Below are positions 12,440 through 26,649 of a DNA stretch of 64,000 nt, in pieces; within the stretch, counting starts at the first letter, position 1, and every line of letters starts with the position of its first letter. The notes under the pieces were generated by a model. That model was not told the DNA's origin, did not search any database, and saw nothing but the letters and a program-made list of their open reading frames with translations. The stretch is taken from NCBI GenBank assembly GCA_951406725.2, contig OX597834.1, positions 29,140,001-29,204,000 on the forward strand. The letters are read 5' to 3'. The translations under genes and the position numbers were made by a program. Source of the DNA: Octopus vulgaris. Lineage: Eukaryota.

Positions 12440-13365
12440 AACCAACTGGGCCTATCAGATGAACAAAAGGACTAATTTTATGACACTCTTTTGCAGGCTA
12501 CATCAAAGACAAGTGACAGGGACCTGATCTTCATAGCTAATAATTTTAATGGGCATGTTGGACAGCACCCAGGTGTCTACCAGGGGCTGCATGGTGGCCA
12601 TGGAATTGGCTCTTGAAACAAGGAGGGAACAAGGCTGCTGGAGTTCTGTTATGCGAATGACCTAATGATATGCAACACCAACTTCAGTAAACTGGCCAGT
12701 TACCTGATAAAATCCAATGACCAAGCTAGTCAGGTCGACTATGTTCTCACCAGAAAGTTGGGGTCATGGTTGCTCTTGAATACAAAGTCCTTCCCTGGTG
12801 AAGAGTGTACCCCTCAGCATAAGTTACACATTAGTGACTTCAGACTGCAGGCACGAATGATTCCAAGACGCAAGTCAGTTTGGAAAAGAAAAATCTGGAA
12901 GCTTAAGGATCCTTTGAATAGTCAGAGGTTTAGGGACCTCCTAACCAAAGCATTTGATGAGTAGAAGGAGACTTGCAATATAGAGGATAACTGGTAGTTC
13001 CTATGAGATGACTTACTGAGGGCCACTGACCAAATTTGTGGGTGGTGCCAGGTCCCAACCAGACATAGAGTGACGTAGTGGTGGAACATTATAGTTGACA
13101 GGGCCATCAAAGCAAAGAAATATGCTTGAAAGGACTGGAAGGGTGGTGATAGCAAAGGATAGATGAGAGGTTGGTGAGAGCTGTACAAGCCATATACAGG
13201 GATGCTGTCAGGGTTGGCAATGAGTATAGTAATGAATTTAGGTTACAAGTAAGGATTCACCAAGGATCAGTTCTCAGTCCCCTCTTATGCATCATATTCC
13301 TCCAAGCAATAACAGGAATTTAAGATGGGCTGCTTCTGGGAGCTCCTCTGTGCTGATGACCTTGT
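12440..13365 (+). mobile_element. Decayed RTE-clade LINE (end of AP endonuclease, linker and part of RT), internally deleted
   Basis: Frames read FYDTL...NFNGHVG...EGTRLLEFC..NDLMICNTNF...QVDYVL...QHKL, then WLVRAVQAIYRDA..HQGSVLSPLL; several stops; same family as 62614-63550. Confidence 0.88.
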
Positions 13366-13619
13366 ATATCACTCTGTGTAAAAAACCAGTTTCACTGGAA
13401 CCCAACCACGGATTTACAAAATAGTATTGTGATGAACCATAACCTCAGGTCCTGCCAGAATAATACCTGGAGTTCTTCACTAATCGAAACAATATTGTTA
13501 ACCTGGTGTGCTAACAGAGAGCTTATGGAGTATTTTGCCTGGATTGATAATCCCTCACTATTAGCTAGATGTATACATACATATATGTGTGTGTGTGTGT
13601 GTGTATGTTTGTGTGTGTA

Positions 13620-13651
<32 letters not shown>

Positions 13652-13691
13652 AAGAATAATATGTGTGTGCGTGTGTATGCGTGTATGTAAG

Positions 13692-13729
<38 letters not shown>

Positions 13730-14569
13730 TATGTATATATATATATAAAGAATATTAGGGGTTTAGTTCACTGATGATATGTGTGTGTGTGCATATATGT
13801 ATGCATGTATATACACACTCACGCACACATAGAGAGCAACCACATGCACAGTACAGCAATGACTGCTGCATCTCCGCTATCACAAAACTACAACAACAAC
13901 AACAACAATGTGAACACGCAAATGGTGGATGTGGTGGTAGGGATGAGGGTGAGCGAGGGGAAGCCCTATCTACCCCATTATGTTACTAGAATTGATTCAT
14001 GGCAGTGATTAGTGTCATATCTGTGTAGAAATGATCACAGCAACCCCAGACCCCTCTCCTGACTTTCTTCCCCACCACCATCGCACACACACACACACAC
14101 ACGTTGCTAATAACCAGTGACCTCTGACCCCGCTCTTCTTTTCTCATCTTCCTTCCTCCTTTCACTCACTCCTACTCTCTCTCTCTCTCTCTCTCACCCT
14201 CCCTCCTGTCTCCTCCTACCACACACAGTTTCCTTCTGTTTCTCAGCCACAACATGATATGGGGTGACTCCTTCTTACCCCTACTCCCATCTACCCGTTC
14301 AATGTCCCCAAAGTTTTGGTTTATAATGAAGCCGATGGCGGTGGTGATGGTGGTGGTGGTGCTGATTGAAATGATGGTAATAATGGTGATGGTAATAATA
14401 TTGGTGATGCCAGTGGTGGTGATAGTGGTGGTGGTGTTAGTGATGGTGGTGGTGGTGGTGGTTGGGGTAGGATGGGTTGGTTATCTGAATTTTGATGATG
14501 ATGATTATAACATCCTTGCTATCAAGGATCAACCTGAATCAGGTAGTCTCATAAATACCTTTGGTACAG

Positions 14570-14735
<166 letters not shown>

Positions 14736-14974
14736 TCAGTGAGCTGGTAGAATTGTTAGCAATTGTTGGCATATTGGACAAAATGCTTCACAGCATTTGT
14801 TCCTGCTTTTCACATTTGGAGTTCAAATCCAGCTGAGGAGGACCTTGCTATCCTTCCTTTCAGGGTCAATAAATTAAATGCTAGCTAAATGCTGGGATTG
14901 ATGTAGACTATGAGCCCTCTTCCCCAAAATTTGAAGTCGTGTAGAAAGGATTATTATTATTATCATTATTATTA

Positions 14975-15100
14975 TTTTTCCTTCTTTCTTCAAATTTTCT
15001 TCCGTTTCTCGCCGAGTGCTTTCCGTACACCTAGGGCAGAGAAGCTCATTGTATGCATTCCCAGATTACAGATGCAAATTCACAGGTAAAATATGTATTT
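14975..15100 (-). mobile_element. Short LINE 3' terminus between (TAA)n tracts
   Basis: Minus strand ...CCCTAGGTGTACGGAAAGCACTCGGCGAGAAACGG...AAATAATAAT; resembles a TAA-targeting non-LTR 3' end. Confidence 0.45.
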
Positions 15101-15139
15101 AAAAAATTAATAAATAAATAAATTCATGAATGGATGTTG

Positions 15140-15245
<106 letters not shown>

Positions 15246-15629
15246 CGGTATTTGTGATGAATTTAGTTGAATCGTTAGAACATTGATGAAATTTAGTTCT
15301 GATTTTTTTCCGTCCTGCAGATCAAATCTCACCAATTCAACTTTGATGTTTCAGCCTTCTTTGGTTCCATAAATCAAAGAACTCTCAACTAAGATTAATT
15401 TGATATTTCTACAATTGTGTGTGTGTGTTAGTGGAAGTATGTGGCTTAGTGGTTAGGGTGTGGACTCATGATTGTAAGAATATGGTTTCAATTCCTGGTC
15501 TGGGTGATGCATTGTGTGTTCTTGAGCAAAACACTTCATTTATGTCGCTCTAGTTCCTTAAGCTGGTGGACATAAGTATTCCTGCAATGGGCTGGGGTTC
15601 ATTCTTGAGAAGAATATCACCATGATCAC

Positions 15630-15928
15630 CGTGACAGACCAGGCTATCAGATGTTGCTAGACATCGCTGGTCACAATGCACTCCGCATTGTTTTAGCCTT
15701 CAAATGATGCCACTCCGCCGGCTAAGCAAGCAGGCCAACAGAAGAAAGAGTGAGAGAAAGTTGTAGCTAAAGAGTACAGCGGGGATCGCCACCACCCCCT
15801 GCCGGAGCATCGTGGAGCTTTAGGTGTATTCGCTCAATAAACACTCACAACTCCCGGTCTGGGAATTGAAACCGCAATCCTACTACCGTGAGTCCGGTGC
15901 CCTAACCACTGGGCCATTGCGCCTCCAC
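15630..15928 (-). mobile_element. SINE family C, full length
   Basis: Reverse complement of 16244-16530. Confidence 0.88.
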
Positions 15929-16243
15929 GAGAAGAATATATACACCAGAAAATCCAGGAAACCAGTCCAATGAGTGGGTCTGTATGTCTCAAGAAAGAAA
16001 TTTTAGCTTTTCTCATTTTTTGTCCAAGTCTCAATGAAATCAAATTTGCACTTCTTCCTTCCAGATCTTTAAAATATTATGAGCGTTAATTACTGGGATC
16101 AATTCAATATTCCTACACTGGGATTGGAATGCTGGTAACAACATATTTCTCTGAACTCATTTTTATCAAAGTATTTTCTCTACTCTATTTGAAAAGGAGA
16201 ATATTACCCAAAATATTATATATACTTCCTATATATTATATAC

Positions 16244-16530
16244 GTGGAGGCGCAATGGCCCAGTGGTTAGGGCAGCGGTCTCGCAGTCAGAGGATCGTGA
16301 TTTTGATTCCCAGACCGGGCGTTGTGTGTGTTTATTGAGCGAAAACACCTAAAAGCTCCACGAGGCTCCGGCAGGGGGTGGTGATCCCTGCTGTACTCTT
16401 TCACCACTCTTTCTTCTGTTGGCCTGCTCGCTTAGCCAGCGGGGTGACGTCATTCAAATGCTAAAACAATGCGAACGCATTGTGACCAGCGATGTGTAAC
16501 AACATCTGATGGTCTGGTCGGTCACGTGGA
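16244..16530 (+). mobile_element. SINE family C, full length
   Basis: GTGGAGGCGCAATGGCCCAGTGGTTAGGG ... TTTTGATTCCC ... GGTCGGTCACGTG followed by an A-run. Confidence 0.88.
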
Positions 16531-17229
16531 AAAAAAAAAAAGTGATATTATATACACTTCCTATGGTTATATACACTATAATTATATATACTTCCTATAC
16601 AAGGTAAAACAACTTATATTCATTTTGTTCTAATTTATTGCAATCACCTTACACACTCTTTCTAAATTTGCACCTACATTGTGTGAGTGACTTTTGCTAA
16701 AATTTATTTCAGCTACGTTTTGAGTTCAATTCTCGTTGATGTTAACTTTGCTTTTATCTAATTAATGGGGTTGGTCTACTTTACCCAGTTATTGTGGTTG
16801 ATTGAATATTCCTACATTCTGAGATCAATTCATTTTTGGTGTCAACTTTTCTTTTCATCCTTTCAAGAGTTGATAAAGTGAAGTACCAGTCATATACTGG
16901 GGGATAACTAAGTATTTCTATGACCTCGGTTTGAACTGTCTTGAGCTCCCCTTTACTTTTCACTGTTGATAAAAATATCTGTTATATACTGGTGTCAATT
17001 TGACTAATTAGGATTCTCTCACAAGCATTCACCCTCCTCTACCACTCCTATAACAGTCTTTCATTCTTGGGGCAGGCTGATCTCATGCCTTTACCAACCA
17101 GCCCCCACTGCCCAGTAATCTTCTACCTCAATGCACCTTGGATTAATCTAATCCCTTTTCCAGTTACAAACCACAGCTTGAGATGATTGGTAGTAGCTAT
17201 CTGGATGCTGGTGATTTGGTACAACTGAT

Positions 17230-17550
17230 TGGACTGGTATGGTGCAGTGTTGCATGGGCGGTGCTGTGTGCTGTGGTGTAGTGTTTTATTTTTCGATGCA
17301 GTGTGATGCAGTGTAGTATAGTTTAGTGTAATGTGCTGCAGTGTGGTATGCTGCACTGTACTGTGTTATGGTACAGTGTAGTGCAGAATGGTAAAGTATG
17401 ATATAGTGCAGTGTAGTGCGATGTGGTATATATATTAGTGTTATGTGGTGCAGAATATAAAGTGCAGCACTGTGTGGTGTTATGAGGTGTTGTGAGGAAT
17501 TGCCTGGTGCGTTAAGGTCATGTAGTGTCGTGCAGTGTTGTGTTGTGGTG
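17230..17550. repeat. Degenerate 5-bp tandem repeat (TGCAG/TGTGG/TGTAG)
   Basis: Visible 5-nt periodicity. Confidence 0.7.
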
Positions 17551-17779
17551 TTATAAGCTATGGTAGGGTGGGGTGGGATGTTTGGTGTACAAACAAGTCA
17601 AAGAAAAACGAGTAAAAGCAACATTAACAATGTCGACAACAAAAGGTGTGGTGGGCATGTGCCATTCTAAAAGGCCAACAACAACAAAAGTAATAACCAG
17701 TAAATTATTCATAGATTCATTAGAGCCACTTGTGACATAAACCAATGAAGTCCTAAATATTTGTTCAATTGTGGTTGTT

Positions 17780-18175
17780 GGTGGTGGTGGTGGTGGGGGG
17801 GGGTGAGGTGGTGGTGGTGGGGTGAGATGGTGGCGGTTGGGGTGAGACGGTGGTGGGGGTGAGATGGTGGTGGGGATGAGATAGTGGTGGGGGTGAGATG
17901 GTGGTGGGGGTGAGATGGTGGTGTGGGGTGAGATGGTGGCGGTGGGGTGAGATGGTGGCGGTGGGGTGAGACGGTGGGGGTGAGATGGTGGTGGGGATGA
18001 GATGGTGGTGGGGATGAGATGGTGGCAGTGGGGGTGAGACGGTGGTGGGGATGAGATGGTGGTGGGGGTGAGATGGTGGTGGGGGTGAGATGGTGGTGTG
18101 GGTGAGATGGTGGTGGTGGTGGGGTGAGATGGTGGTGGCAGGAGTGAGATAGTGGTGGAGGTGAGAGATGGTGGT
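17780..18175. repeat. G-rich 15-18 bp minisatellite (GGTGAGATGGTGGTGG)
   Basis: More than 20 tandem units. Confidence 0.92.
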
Positions 18176-18845
18176 CGTGGTGGTAGTTTTAGTAGTCTTG
18201 TTGATGTTGTTGCAGTAGGTGGTGGTTATAACAATGGTGATCTTGTGAGGTTAGTGGCAATAGCAAAAGTCGGTTTGATTTAGTGTGATGGTGATGGTGG
18301 TGATGGTGGTGGTGAAGGAGGTATTGTTAGTGATGGGATGATTGTAGTACAGTTGTTGTCGGTCGTGGTGGTTGTGATCATACTCATGCTAGTGGTGACA
18401 GTATTGGTGGTAGTAGTGGTGATAGTTGTGGTTAGATATGGTGATAGTAGTATTAGTGATGATGATTGCTAGCAGCAATGATATTGGTGTTGTTGGTGGT
18501 GGTGGTTTAAATACTATTAAAACACTGCACCAAAACTACTAACCCTGCCCTCACTCATCTCTACTTCAGGCCTCCCCAGACACATCTAAACAGCCGCTCT
18601 ATAAACATTCTTCTTGATCAGCTAGAAATAGCAGCCAAATTACCCTATATCACATGTTACTGCCTTGAAAACAGAACACATATTGCATAATCTATTCCTT
18701 GACATATTCTACCTGAAATAAAACTGGAAGGTTATGGCTGAATACCTTAGTCTATGAATTTCTCAACTTAAAGCTGACCTGTGGCAATAATTACAACAAC
18801 ATTATCAACACCACCTCCACCACCACGACAACCACCACCAACACC

Positions 18846-19078
18846 TATTTCTTTATTACTCACAAGGGGCTAAACATAGAGGGGACAAACCAGGACAGGC
18901 ATAGGTATTAAGTCGATTACATCGACCCCCAGCAAGTAACTGGTACTTAATTTATTGACCCCGAAAGGATAAAAGGCAAAGTCGACCTCGGCAGAATTTG
19001 AACTCACAACGTAATGGCAGGTGAAATACCGCTAAGCATTTTGCCTGGTGTGCTAACGTTTCTGCCAGCTCACCGCCT
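18846..19078 (-). mobile_element. SINE family B
   Basis: Matches 7888-8118. Confidence 0.85.
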
Positions 19079-19974
19079 AACCACCACCAACACCACTATC
19101 ATCATCATCATTGTCGTCATCATATTAATGTCCAATTTCTCATGCTTCCATGGGTCAAACAAAATTCATACTGTGCCATTCCTTTCAAAATTCTGTTAAA
19201 GCATGTCTGTCCATCATGAAATATTAGCTTGGAAACAGATGAGGGTTAGTGACAGGAAGGGCATCTGGTTGCAGAAAATCTGCCTCTGTAAACTTGGTCT
19301 GACCCATGTGAACAAGGAAAAAACTGGACATTAAAACGATGAAGATGATGATGACAGTGAAGATAATACGTATATATTTTTATATAGATCTGTGTGTGTA
19401 TGCTTGTGTTTATCTATGTATATGTATTATATGTATATTTATGCACATACACACACACATATATATATATGTGTGTGTGCAAGATTTCACAGCTCTAGTA
19501 TCACTCCTTCATAGTCAGCCTATGAACTTTCCAGCCCACCGCATACATTTAGTCCCTTTGTGTGTGAGTGTGTGTATGTGTGTGTGTGTGTGTCTGTGTG
19601 CACATTTATGCTTGCCTGAATGTGTGAGTGTGTGTTCATGTCAATTTGCTTTGTTGTTTTGTGATTGTTGTAAACAAATATCACTGCCATGCAAGCAATG
19701 TTGTTCATTTTCAATCTTCCATGAAAACATGTCTGGCTGTCATGCTGGTCATGTTTGAAACATTAGAGGAACATATTACCTTGTTGGAAAACAGATGAGA
19801 GTTGAAAATAGGAAGAGTAGACTATACCCTACTAAAGAGGTTGAATAAGTCTGGAACATGTTCAACAATATCCCCATGGCTACCAAAGATTAGGCCTAAT
19901 GACCTCCATTTCTTGTATATCTTCCTGATGAGGTGAATGGGGTGTCAGAGAGGGGTAGCACATTTGATGGGGGG

Positions 19975-20395
19975 AGCATGTACTCTTAGGGGTGGCCCAT
20001 CTGCTTTGGTCCCCACCTGGAACCCAACTCTCACCTGTGGCCCCAAGTAGCTGTTTGCATGCAGCAGCAGCTACACCCAGTGAACTACACTGAGTGATGA
20101 GTTACACCAGGTGAAGGTAGTCAACAGGTAATGTAACTTTTGGTGAGTTAGCGCTCGCTCATGCATACATGTGTATCCTGGCTCCAGCAGAGTCTGCAGA
20201 AAAAATCTTCATGGTTCAACAGATGGGAAGGTGGTTGCAGCAATGGGCTGTGGAGTGGAGAGGGGGTCATTCACTGCATCCAACTCCATCCTCAGTCATC
20301 TTGATTTTTTCTTGCCACTGGATTGAAGATGAGAGAATGAGGTTGATGATGTGTAATTCTTCATCACTTTAAACTAAATCACCACACAAGTCATC
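19975..20395 (+). mobile_element. Probable RTE-clade LINE 5' UTR relic
   Basis: GGTCCCCACCTGG..CTCTCACCTGTGGC..TAGCTG...ACCAGGTGAAGGTAG...GGTGAGTTAG...CACTTTAAA recalls RTE 5' regions (recognition only). Confidence 0.45.
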
Positions 20396-20404
20396 AGCAA
20401 TCTG

Positions 20405-20727
20405 TGAAGGCGCGTGGCTTAGTGGTTAGGGCATTCGGCTGACGATTGTAAGGTCGTGAGTTCGATTCCCGGCGATGCGTTGTGTCCTTGAGCAAGATAC
20501 TTTATTTCACGTTGCCCCAGTCCACTCAGCTGGCAAAAATGAGTTGTACCTGTATTTCAAAGGGCCGGCCTTGTCACACTCTGTGTCACGCTGAATCTCC
20601 CTGAGAACTACGTTAAGGGTACTCGTGTCTGTGGATTGCTCAGTCACTTGCATGTTAATTCCACGAGCAAGCTGTTCTGTTGATCGTATCAGCTGGGACC
20701 CTCATCGTCGTAACTGACGGAGTGCTC
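20405..20727 (+). mobile_element. SINE family D (tRNA head and CORE-like domain)
   Basis: GAAGGCGCGTGGCTTAGTGGTTAGGG (A box), GAGTTCGATTCCC (B box), TGTGTCCTTGAGCAAGATACTTT; older relatives near 15432, 27500-27795(-), 33580-33780(-) and 42745. Confidence 0.85.
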
Positions 20728-22189
20728 CTTATATATATCAGCAATCTCAAAGATGATTAAATGATCATCATCACTCAAATGGACAAACATGCATCAAAAT
20801 GAAAGAAACTGGTTTCTCTCATTTGCTACCCTTTGAAAACACAATTTCCTTAATGTTAACAATATATTTTCTCTCATTAAGATTTTAATTTTAGTTAACT
20901 AAAAATTATTTTCAGTTCTTCACCTTAAGTGTAAAGTCCAATTTTATTTTGTTTTGTTTTTATAATTTTAATTAGGCATCATTTATCTAGGAATACATTC
21001 TTCCGAATAAGTACCTCTTTAAGAAAGACATATTTATTCAAACTCCTAGAAACCTAATTGGCAACATGATGAAGATAGTAAACCTAATTTTCTGCTAATA
21101 AATTTAAATATTTTTTAGATTCGTTTAAATTAATTTTAATGGATTTCTGGAATTCCATTGCATATTTATTGCTTTTTTAAACCTGTTTCTTGGAACTGCT
21201 GTTATTTTAAATAATGAATTTTTTCCCAGATATCAGAGCTTTCTGTATCATATTTAATTAGTGATACAATTTAATTATGTGGAGAATTATATCAATCACT
21301 GTATTCATTTTATATCTTTTAATCACTTTTGCCCCCTCGATTTTGATATGTTCCTGCAATGGTTCTTTCAGCAATGGCCCTTTCCATGACCCTCTGTGTT
21401 ATGATGATGCCACTGAAGACATTGGCATGCAAGGAAATGGTCTACTATGATTTGCAGAAATCATAATTCAAGAACAACATGTGGAGCGAATGATATGATA
21501 GCAGGATACCAAAAGAGCAACGTCTGCTGGGTCAGACATGTCACAAGGTTCACAAACAACAAAGAGACCAGTACAGTTTTAAGTGGGGTGTAAGAAGCTC
21601 TGTATAGAGGTAGTACCTTTGATGTTTGGCAGATGCACCTTGGTTTGTTGTTCCCAAGGATCAGTTGAACATACTTTTAAGCATTAGTCTAAATAGTATT
21701 TGTGTTCATTGATTAGTCGTTAATAATAAACATGAGAGTGGTACTTTATTTCTCCAGCTTCAAAGTTGTAAAATGCCCAAAGTTAACTTTGGCAGGAATT
21801 GAATTCGGAGCATAGAGAATCAGAAAAGATATTGCAGAGGCATTTTCTCTAAAGCTCTACTGATTCAGTCAGAAATAATAACCACAAACATACTGTTATT
21901 GTCATCAAGGCCTTAATCACAAGCAATCACCATCATCATCACCACAATCATCAACATTGACATCACAGTCAACATCATCATCCTCATAAGCATTCTATAT
22001 TATCATGTATACTTAATTTCTTATATACCGAATGAATAATGTGGATCTCTGCTGTGTAACATAGATCTACAATGTTATTTAACACACACAACCACACACA
22101 CACACACACAACCACATACACATACACATTATAAGTAGTATATAATAAGGGATATCTAGTTTATTATAGCTTATCATTAATACGTAATA

Positions 22190-22222
<33 letters not shown>

Positions 22223-22334
22223 CATAATTATGTTTCAATAAATGTTATATATATCATACTAAATATTGCTTGGCAATAATAACATAATATTACATAGATT
22301 GTAATGTATATGTATGTATATGTATATATGTGTT

Positions 22335-22468
<134 letters not shown>

Positions 22469-22839
22469 ATGAATTATATCTATAATTCTTCGAATGGTGT
22501 GTGGTGATGGGGGTTGGTGTTATCTCTTTAATCTTGTTTATTGTTTAAAGTTTTGTATTAACTTAATCCGCTAACTTGAAACAGCCGTATATATATATCT
22601 TAGAGGTTTACAATAAATAGCTTACATTCTATAATAATATGTATTAGTTTTGTGAATAGCTAAACTGTAAACAATATAGCTATACATGCATATATGTAGA
22701 CGTGTGTGTGTGTGCGTGCACACTTACATATATACGAATATAAATTTACATGTATGTATGCATGTGTGTAGATATCGATATGCATGCATGTATGTATGTA
22801 TGTATGTATATGCACAGTACAATATTTCTACATATATAT

Positions 22840-22869
22840 ATCATCATCATGGCCATGGTTATGGTCATG

Positions 22870-22900
<31 letters not shown>

Positions 22901-23000
22901 TCATCATCATCACCATCGTCGTCGTCATCATCGTCATCATCGTCATCATCGTCATCATCGTCATCATCATCATTATCATCATCATCATCATCAACATCAA

Positions 23001-23037
<37 letters not shown>

Positions 23038-23123
23038 GTCATCATCATCATCATTGTCATCATTGTCATCATCGTCATCATCGTCATCATCGTCATCATC
23101 GTCATCATCGTCATCATCATCAT
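22840..23123. repeat. (CAT/CGT)n microsatellite forming the tail of a minus-strand family E copy (about 23123-23290)
   Basis: Direct inspection. Confidence 0.9.
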
Positions 23124-23607
23124 CTAACATACTTTTTTCCATGCAGGCATGGGGTGAACAGTTTGAAATGAACTGACAAGCCAAGGAGCTCCCCCCAGGT
23201 TCTATGTTTGTTTTCACATGGTTTCTCCAGCTGGATGCCCTTCTTAATGCCAACCACTTTCCAAAGTGGACTGGGAGCTTTTTATATCACATCAACACCG
23301 ATGAGGTTGCTAAGTGCCCTCAGGATAAAACCCTGCTCAGCTGAGCTGGATTTAGACAGGAGGAATAAGAAACTGTGATGGAGGGAGAGAAGCAAGTGTC
23401 TTGCTGAAGGGGTGAGTATATGGCTTGTCCACCTGGAAAGTGGGGGAGAGAAAGAGAGAGAAAGGAAGAGAAGTGAGATCCTCATACAATGTGAACACGA
23501 GAGAGAACAGGATAGAAGAGCAGAAAAAGTGGATGTGTAAGTAAATGCCATGAGTGAAAATAGTGTGAGATATGATTAGAGACAGGAAAGGAGTTGGATG
23601 TAAAGGG

Positions 23608-23736
23608 TATCAGTTCAGTGTAGGGGAAAGTGAAAGTAATAAGGTAACATAGAGAAGACTGATTGAAGAAAGGATATCAGTTGAGTGTAGGGGAAAGTGA
23701 AAGTAATAAGGTAAAATATAGAAGACTGATTGAAGA
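23608..23736. repeat. ~66-bp direct tandem duplication
   Basis: TATCAGTT(C/G)AGTGTAGGGGAAAGTGAAAGTAATAAGGTAA...AGAAGACTGATTGAAGA occurs twice. Confidence 0.85.
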
Positions 23737-23921
23737 GTGGGCGTCAAAAGATGAGTTAATGGGGAAGGCTTCACAGAACCTCAATTCTACTGAGATGGAG
23801 GGGTCTTCTCAAGCTCAACATCTCAGTCTTCCACTTTCTCCTCTATGAAACTCAGCATATAATTACATATATATATAGACAGACAGACAGAAATATAGAA
23901 AGATAGATAGATAGATAGACT

Positions 23922-24001
<80 letters not shown>

Positions 24002-24027
24002 TATAGACTGATAGATAGATAGATAGA

Positions 24028-24071
<44 letters not shown>

Positions 24072-24162
24072 TAGATAGATAGATTGATAGATAGGGAGGT
24101 AGATAGATAGATAGACTGATGGATAGCAGAAGTTCCATCCCACTGCTTGGATGTCTGTTACA

Positions 24163-24202
<40 letters not shown>

Positions 24203-26315
24203 CCCTTCTCTTGAATTCAGTTGGTGATTGTAACTGAGCATCATTTGCAGTCATCCACATCTGGGCATGTAGAAATTTTACCTTACTTGGAAACGGTTGA
24301 AAGGTTGGCAACACGAAGAGCATCCATCTATATAAAATCTGCTTCAACGAATTCCATCCGGCCCATGCAAACTTAGAAAGTGGATGTTAAATGATGATGA
24401 TGATGATAATAATGGTGATGATAATGATTGACCCCACCCCTCCCCGTAATTTTTAATTTTAAGTCTCATACGTCAGACCATTAAATTACAAGGATGTAAA
24501 CAAACCAACACTGGCTGTCAAGTACTGAGGGAGACATACACAAACTCAATGACATAAACATATGCGTGCACACACACACACACATACACACACCCTTCAT
24601 TTTACCACATTTGACCCTTTTCTTGTTCTTTCCTATCCTAAAACTTGCGTGGCAAACTCCCTAATGCCAATGGCACAAAGAAAAAAAAGAAAACAAAGTA
24701 CAGACGGTCAAGTGGTTGGCATTTGCTTGGTCACCCAGCCATAGAAACCCTACCAAGGGCTGACTTGCAGCACAATGCAGCCCTGCAGCACACAGGATCC
24801 AGTCAAACCATCCAAACCTAACTGTCACGGGGAATAGATGACAAGGATGATGATGATGATGATGATGATATCTATGACAGGCTTCCGCACAGTCTTCACT
24901 CACCAGTTTTACTCACAAAGCATTGGTCAAGCCAAGGCTGTTGTAGAAGATACTTGCTGAAGGTGACATGCAGTGTGATTGAACTCAAAACCAAGCGGTT
25001 GCAAAGTGAGCTTCTTAACCACTCAGCCATAAAATTTAATCACATTTTACTCATCAGAAGTATCGTTCTACACCATGTATTGAGTACTTTATCCTTGTAC
25101 TTGTATACAGCAATATATACACTCTCATTCCCTATACACACACACACACATATACATACATATATATATATATATATATATGTATTTAAATATGTATATA
25201 TATTTATATATATATATATATAAATTCACATTATTGCATGCACACCACACACACATACACAGATAATCACACATAGATGGCAGGGTGGTAGTGACGATGG
25301 TGGTGGTGGTGGTGGTGGTGGTGGTAGTGAAGGTGATAGTGGTAGTGATGTGGCAGTAGGAGAGGTTGATGGAAGAGGTGATGGTGGCTGATGTAGTATG
25401 TTGTTGTTGTTGTTGTTGCTGTGGTGGTGGTGGTGCTAGTGTTGATGGCAGTATTGTTATGTTTGTTTGTTGCGATGGTAGTAGTGTCGGATGTGGTGGT
25501 AATGGCTGGTGCAATATTGGTAGTGGTTTAGTTGGTGGTGGCAGTAGTTGCATCAGGAGTGATGATGATGGTAGTGGTTGTAGTGGTGGTGGTAGTGGTC
25601 ATCATAGCACTGGTGTTGGTAGTCATCGTAGCACTGGTGGTGGTGGTGGTCATCGTAGCACTGGTGGTTGAGGTAGCGGCGGGGGATGTTGGTGCCAAGG
25701 TGAAACACAAACGTCTAATAGAACCATTTGTAATCCCAACAATACCATTATCATCACTCACTCTCTGCCGCCAATCTTCAACAATGACAATAATGTTTGC
25801 AAGGATTTTGGTCCCAGTGGAATTGTGGGTAATTTTGAACTCAATCACAGAAACAGTAATTAACTCATGTCTCCAGTGGTTGCACAGTCATACACAGACG
25901 TACATATATATATATACCCACACATATACACACTCACACATCTGCATCTGTGTAAACAACATATATGTGTGTGTGTGCATGTGTATACGTACCACAGACT
26001 CTTTTTGACTCTCTTTCTCTAGTTCTCTTTATTTGTCTGCCCCCTTCCTCTCCCTGTTCTTCCTACACACATTGACATATATATTTGTTTGTCAATACAT
26101 TGTGTATGCACACACACACACACACACAGACACACACATACACACACATACATGCATACAATACATATGTATATATAATCTTAAATTAAAAACCACAAAC
26201 CTTGAATTAAAGATTATCTTAACTCTTTTGGCTGATCGAGTGCATTTTTACTTGTTGAAGTATTACTACATAATATATACATATATATATATATATATAT
26301 AATATATATATATAA

Positions 26316-26540
26316 AGGCGGCGAGCTGGCAGAACCGTTAGCACGCCGGACGAAATGCGTAGCCGTATTCCGTCTGTCGTTACGTTCTGAGTTCAAATTC
26401 TGCCGAGGTCGACTTTGCCTTTCATCCTTTCGGGGTCAATAAATTAAGTACCAGTTACGCACTGGGGGTCAATGTAATCGACTTAATCCCTTTGTCTGTC
26501 CTTGTTTGTCCCCTCTGTGTTTAGCCCCTTGTGGGTAGTG
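26316..26540 (+). mobile_element. SINE family B
   Basis: AGGCGGCGAGCTGGCAGAA...GAGTTCAAATTC...GCCCCTTGTGGGTAGT. Confidence 0.88.
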
Positions 26541-26541
26541 T

Positions 26542-26621
<80 letters not shown>

Positions 26622-26649
26622 TACTTTATTGAAAAGCAGCAGAAATATC

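Noticed and set aside
18621-18633. GCTAGAAATAGCA identical to part of the engineered Cas9 sgRNA scaffold
   Set aside because: Only 13 nt match, the flanks differ, and it belongs to a dispersed local repeat motif; there is no CRISPR array or cas gene.
20405-20480. tRNA gene
   Set aside because: A and B boxes are present but there is no complete cloverleaf, and it runs into a SINE body; the same applies to families A, B and C.
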